NCBI GenBank assembly: GCA_036653135.1
Contig: JAVVUO010000009.1
Coordinates: forward strand, 890 to 64,889
DNA: 64,000 bases
Direction: 5' to 3'
From: Lachnospiraceae bacterium
GTDB taxonomy: Bacteria > Bacillota > Clostridia > Lachnospirales > Lachnospiraceae
Position 1 is the first letter of the stretch. Each line of letters starts with the position of its first letter. Below are positions 60,543 to 64,000 of the stretch, one piece after another. The notes beneath the pieces are model-generated. The model did not search any database. It was not told where the DNA came from and saw nothing but the letters and a program-made list of their open reading frames with translations. The position numbers and the translations under genes are program-made.

Positions 60543-60788
60543 ATGGAATTAAAAATATTAGGCTCAGGCTGTGCAAAATGCAATCAGCTAGAAGCTGTTA
60601 CAAAGAAAGCGTTAACACAACTTCATATGGATTACACCATCAGCCATATCACTGATTTTTCTCAAATTGCGGCCTATGGTGTCATGTCCACCCCTGCACT
60701 TGTCATAAATGACAAGGTGGTTATCTATGGTAAAGTACCAAAAGTTGATGAAATTGTGAAACTGCTTGCCCCATTCAGCAGTTTCTGA
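60543..60788 (+). CDS. Small thioredoxin-like redox-active disulfide protein (MTH895-like)
   Basis: ILGSGCAKC (CxxC), YGVMSTPALVIN. Confidence 0.88.
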   Translation: MELKILGSGCAKCNQLEAVTKKALTQLHMDYTISHITDFSQIAAYGVMSTPALVINDKVVIYGKVPKVDEIVKLLAPFSSF

Positions 60789-60793
60789 TTGTT

Positions 60794-62410
60794 CTATGGT
60801 ACTGCTACAATGCGACCCTCGCCATAGGGAGCTTCATATAGGGCGGCATTTTCGGCGTAGCCATTTGAAAAATAGTTTTTCATTGCCTCGTGGTCTAGAA
60901 TAACGGGGTTTTCCACCACGTCTTTGTAAGAGAACATGGTATACCCGTCGCCGCCCTCCAGCAGCGTATGGGTAATACCTGCTAGAGTATAGCGATGATC
61001 AGGTACAAGAGGCTGACTTCCGATTAGTACATCGTGTACGCGCCGCTCGCCTGTAATGCCGATATACATACCGGAATCATCCCGCTGCACAGGTGAGGGA
61101 ATATCCGTATGAAAAGCAAAGGTTAGACCGGATACTTGACAAAAGCCACCAAATTCCTTGGGCGCGGAGCTCACGCTAAATTCCAGTGCATCCAGCAGTT
61201 GCTGTCCTGTAACGCTTAGCTTGCAAATAGGGTAGCTCGAAGGCATTACGCCTAAAAGGTCGCCAAAGGTAATTTCTCCCGCAGGCAGTTTGGCGCGTAT
61301 TGCACCCCCAATTTCTACGGCTACGTCTGCGTTTGTTGCAGCCCGTATTGCATCTGCACATAAATCTCCAAGGTTTGTTTCGGCATTGCGCACAATGCGC
61401 ACACCGGTAACCGGGTCTGCAATGATCATATCATTTTGCAGTGAAACGACGGGTTGTTGCAGCACTTCGTCAAAGGCAGATTGCTCTTTTTTTATAAATG
61501 CATCAATGTGAGCATCCTTGGCTGCGTAACTGCTTACAAGTCCTGTGCTGATATTGCCTCGCTTGTCAATGAGCAGATAGCCTATGTTTGCAAGTTCTGC
61601 ACCAGTGGAGGAGAGTAGCACACGGTCACCGTCCTTGTTTTTTACGCGCTCGCACTGAATCACGCTGTGAGAGTGGCCGTCAAGTACCACATCGATGCCG
61701 GTGGTGTTGGCAATTAGATTTGGAGATATATACGGTGCAGCCACGGTATCAATGCCCAAATGGGTCAGGGCGACAACAATTTGCGCGCCCGCTTGTCTTG
61801 CGCTGTCTACCGCCTGCTGCACAGCGGTCCAAAGAACCATACCGTCCTCACCAGGCAAAAAGGTGTATTTATCTTTGCCCGCCTCGTCCTGAAAAAAGGT
61901 TGGGTTGCTGGTGTTTGGGGTAAGCGGTGTAGACACTCCTACAAAGGCAATTTTTACGCCGTCTCGCTCCTCGATGATATAAGGCTTGTAAATGGGATTT
62001 TTTGTGGTGGCATCTACAAAATTTACCGATAAGAAGGGGAATTTTGCCCGCTCTGCCAAGGCATCCAATGTTTCGACATTATAATCAAACTCGTGGTTAC
62101 CCACTGCCGATGCGCTGTAACCCAGCTCGTTCATAATGTCTATGGGCAGCTTACCGTTTGACAGTCCCCCTAAGGGAGCACCCTGCACGGAGTCGCCAGC
62201 ATCCACCAAAAGCACCTCAGCTCCGTCGGCAAGCAGCTCGTTTTTAAAGGCGGCTAGGCCTGCGTAGCCAATATTTTTGTCCAAAGCCACATGCACGTCA
62301 TTTGTGTAAATAACGGCAATGTCTTTGGTACGCGTTGGGGCAGGGGCAGCGCAGGAAAAAAGTCCAACCGCCAAGGTTAGTGAAAGAATTAGGGCGGAAA
62401 TACGTTTCAT
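60794..62410 (-). CDS. 5'-nucleotidase / metallophosphoesterase lipoprotein
   Basis: Lipobox LFSC; TNDVH, DAGD, GNHEFD, GHSH, ETNLGDL. Confidence 0.92.
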   Translation of the reverse strand: MKRISALILSLTLAVGLFSCAAPAPTRTKDIAVIYTNDVHVALDKNIGYAGLAAFKNELLADGAEVLLVDAGDSVQGAPLGGLSNGKLPIDIMNELGYSASAVGNHEFDYNVETLDALAERAKFPFLSVNFVDATTKNPIYKPYIIEERDGVKIAFVGVSTPLTPNTSNPTFFQDEAGKDKYTFLPGEDGMVLWTAVQQAVDSARQAGAQIVVALTHLGIDTVAAPYISPNLIANTTGIDVVLDGHSHSVIQCERVKNKDGDRVLLSSTGAELANIGYLLIDKRGNISTGLVSSYAAKDAHIDAFIKKEQSAFDEVLQQPVVSLQNDMIIADPVTGVRIVRNAETNLGDLCADAIRAATNADVAVEIGGAIRAKLPAGEITFGDLLGVMPSSYPICKLSVTGQQLLDALEFSVSSAPKEFGGFCQVSGLTFAFHTDIPSPVQRDDSGMYIGITGERRVHDVLIGSQPLVPDHRYTLAGITHTLLEGGDGYTMFSYKDVVENPVILDHEAMKNYFSNGYAENAALYEAPYGEGRIVAVP

Positions 62411-62509
62411 ATAATAAATTCTCCTTTGGTGTTATGTTATTTGCCTCAGCAAATATAAAAAATATAGTATCATAATTTTGGGATTATGCCTCTTGTGGGC
62501 TGAATCCCC

Positions 62510-63520
62510 CTAAAAATTTTTTATACCAATTTTTATATGTTCATATGTTTTATATTTTTCAAAAGCTTGTAATACATGGTTAAAATCATATTCTGCTGTA
62601 ATCAATTTCTCTAATGATTCCCTTTTTATAACACGCGCTGCTGTTTTGATACTTCCCATACTGCAAAAGCTGGACCATATGACTGTGATATTCGACGCAT
62701 ACATGTCTAGTGCCGAAAAAGAAATAGTTTCCAAACTTCCATAATAGGTAAATATTTCTAATGTTCCACCTCTAGTCAGAAAGGACACTGCACTTTCAAG
62801 CATCCTGATACTAGAAGATGTTTCAATGACAATATCAAATCCATCGTATTGGCAACAAGTAGTCAACTTCAATTGAAAATTCTCTGCATCTGGGTTTACT
62901 GCATAATCTGCACCATAGGAAATTGCCTGTTTCCGGCGAGCCGCTATGGGTTCAATCACTGTAATATTTTTTACACCTCGCATTTTTAATAATTTTACAA
63001 AAACTAACCCTGTAAATCCAGCACCAATAATCAAAACTTCTTTGTCATAATCAATCGGTAACTTGGAAAGTCCTTCGATAACACCGCCCACGGGTTCCAT
63101 CAATACCGCCTGTTTAAAGGTAATATCGGAATCCAGTTTAATCAATTGCCGACTTGCTCTAATAATATGTTTTGTCATCGTTCCCATCACTACATGGGCT
63201 TCTGTACAGCACTGTGTTCTCTGTGATAAACAGTTTTCACATTTGCCACAGGACTCCCAAGGAAGTACTAGTACCGTATCCTCTAATGAAAATCCTGCAT
63301 ACTGTGCATAGGAACCTAGTTCTTCAATCACACCCACCACCTCGTGACCTACCACCCCTATATGTGAAAATACATCTGTTTTATCTTCATAGCGCATATC
63401 GTCCCTGCAAAAAGCAGAATATAAGACTCGGATTTTGACTTCGTCTTCTTTTAAAATATAAGGTTCTGGAATATCCGCTATGCGTATTTCACCATTTTCA
63501 TTTCTAACTAATGCTTTCAT
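62510..63520 (-). CDS. Zinc-binding (MDR) dehydrogenase
   Basis: GHE motif, CGKCENC-x7-C structural Zn site, GAGFTG. Confidence 0.85.
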   Translation of the reverse strand: MKALVRNENGEIRIADIPEPYILKEDEVKIRVLYSAFCRDDMRYEDKTDVFSHIGVVGHEVVGVIEELGSYAQYAGFSLEDTVLVLPWESCGKCENCLSQRTQCCTEAHVVMGTMTKHIIRASRQLIKLDSDITFKQAVLMEPVGGVIEGLSKLPIDYDKEVLIIGAGFTGLVFVKLLKMRGVKNITVIEPIAARRKQAISYGADYAVNPDAENFQLKLTTCCQYDGFDIVIETSSSIRMLESAVSFLTRGGTLEIFTYYGSLETISFSALDMYASNITVIWSSFCSMGSIKTAARVIKRESLEKLITAEYDFNHVLQAFEKYKTYEHIKIGIKNF

Positions 63521-63998
63521 CTACACTGCTCCTACCATAAAGTGTACGGAATTCTTTGGGCGAATATCCTACATGTTTCTTAAAGAGCTTTGCAAAGTAA
63601 TGGGCATCCGTATAACCCGTCATCTCTGAAATTTCATTGATGCGATAAATATCTTCACTTAAATACTCTTTTGCAGCAAATATTCGTAGTAATTGCAGGA
63701 ATTCTAAAAAAGTCATATTTGTCTGTAGCTTAAAAAGTCGGCTAAGATGCATTTTAGAAATAGAAAGTATTTCTGCCATTTTTTCCAAAGAGAGTTCCTC
63801 TTGGTAGTGTTTCAATGAATACACGATAGTTTCTACTACCATACCTGGCAGCTGCATCATCGAAATCTGCTTGGACCTTTCGTTCAAATACTGACTAGCC
63901 TTCACATATTCCTCTTCTAGGGATACACCTTGTATCTTAAATTCACTGCACTTTTTTCCCACGATAGAGGAAAATACGCTCTCACCAAACTGTATCCC
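63504..63998 (-). CDS. AraC-family regulator, C-terminal part (open to the right edge)
   Basis: LSLEKMAEILSISKMHLSRLFK...GYTDAHYFAKLFKKHVGYSPKEFR; frame stays open to the window end. Confidence 0.88.
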   Translation of the reverse strand, partial: GIQFGESVFSSIVGKKCSEFKIQGVSLEEEYVKASQYLNERSKQISMMQLPGMVVETIVYSLKHYQEELSLEKMAEILSISKMHLSRLFKLQTNMTFLEFLQLLRIFAAKEYLSEDIYRINEISEMTGYTDAHYFAKLFKKHVGYSPKEFRTLYGRSSVDESIS

Positions 63999-64000
63999 TT

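Overview
64 kb of low-GC chromosomal DNA from a spore-forming anaerobic Firmicute. Gene content and order suggest Clostridia, most likely Lachnospiraceae (inference). Almost all genes are on the minus strand. Left to right: ynbB-like PLP enzyme (partial), miaA, mutL, mutS, two flavoproteins, BofC-like and SpoVB-like genes, DUF3048, ybeY, a degenerate HD protein, yqfD/yqfC, pdp, xpt, a TPR protein, folD, fhs, ftsK/spoIIIE, tepA, glgA, metY, a MerR-DUF1648 fusion, yebC, a CorC transporter, an antitoxin-less mazF, alr, nnr, rex, an ABC-F ATPase, a Re-citrate synthase-gntR-icd operon, a MoxR/DUF58/transglutaminase triad, a nine-gene V/A-type ATPase operon headed by a pseudo-receiver gene, small unknown genes with sigK/sigE-like promoters, an arsR-permease-thioredoxin module, a GC-rich 5'-nucleotidase, a Zn-dehydrogenase and a partial AraC regulator. 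I saw no rRNA, tRNA, CRISPR array or transposase. The most unusual non-coding signal is an apparent group IIC intron 5' remnant directly behind a terminator (56771-56910). Its distal part plus an identical 22-bp palindrome recurs 27 kb away in inverted orientation (29862-29946, 71/85 identical, no gaps), suggesting a short intron-derived dispersed element. All family assignments come from motif recognition, not database searches.
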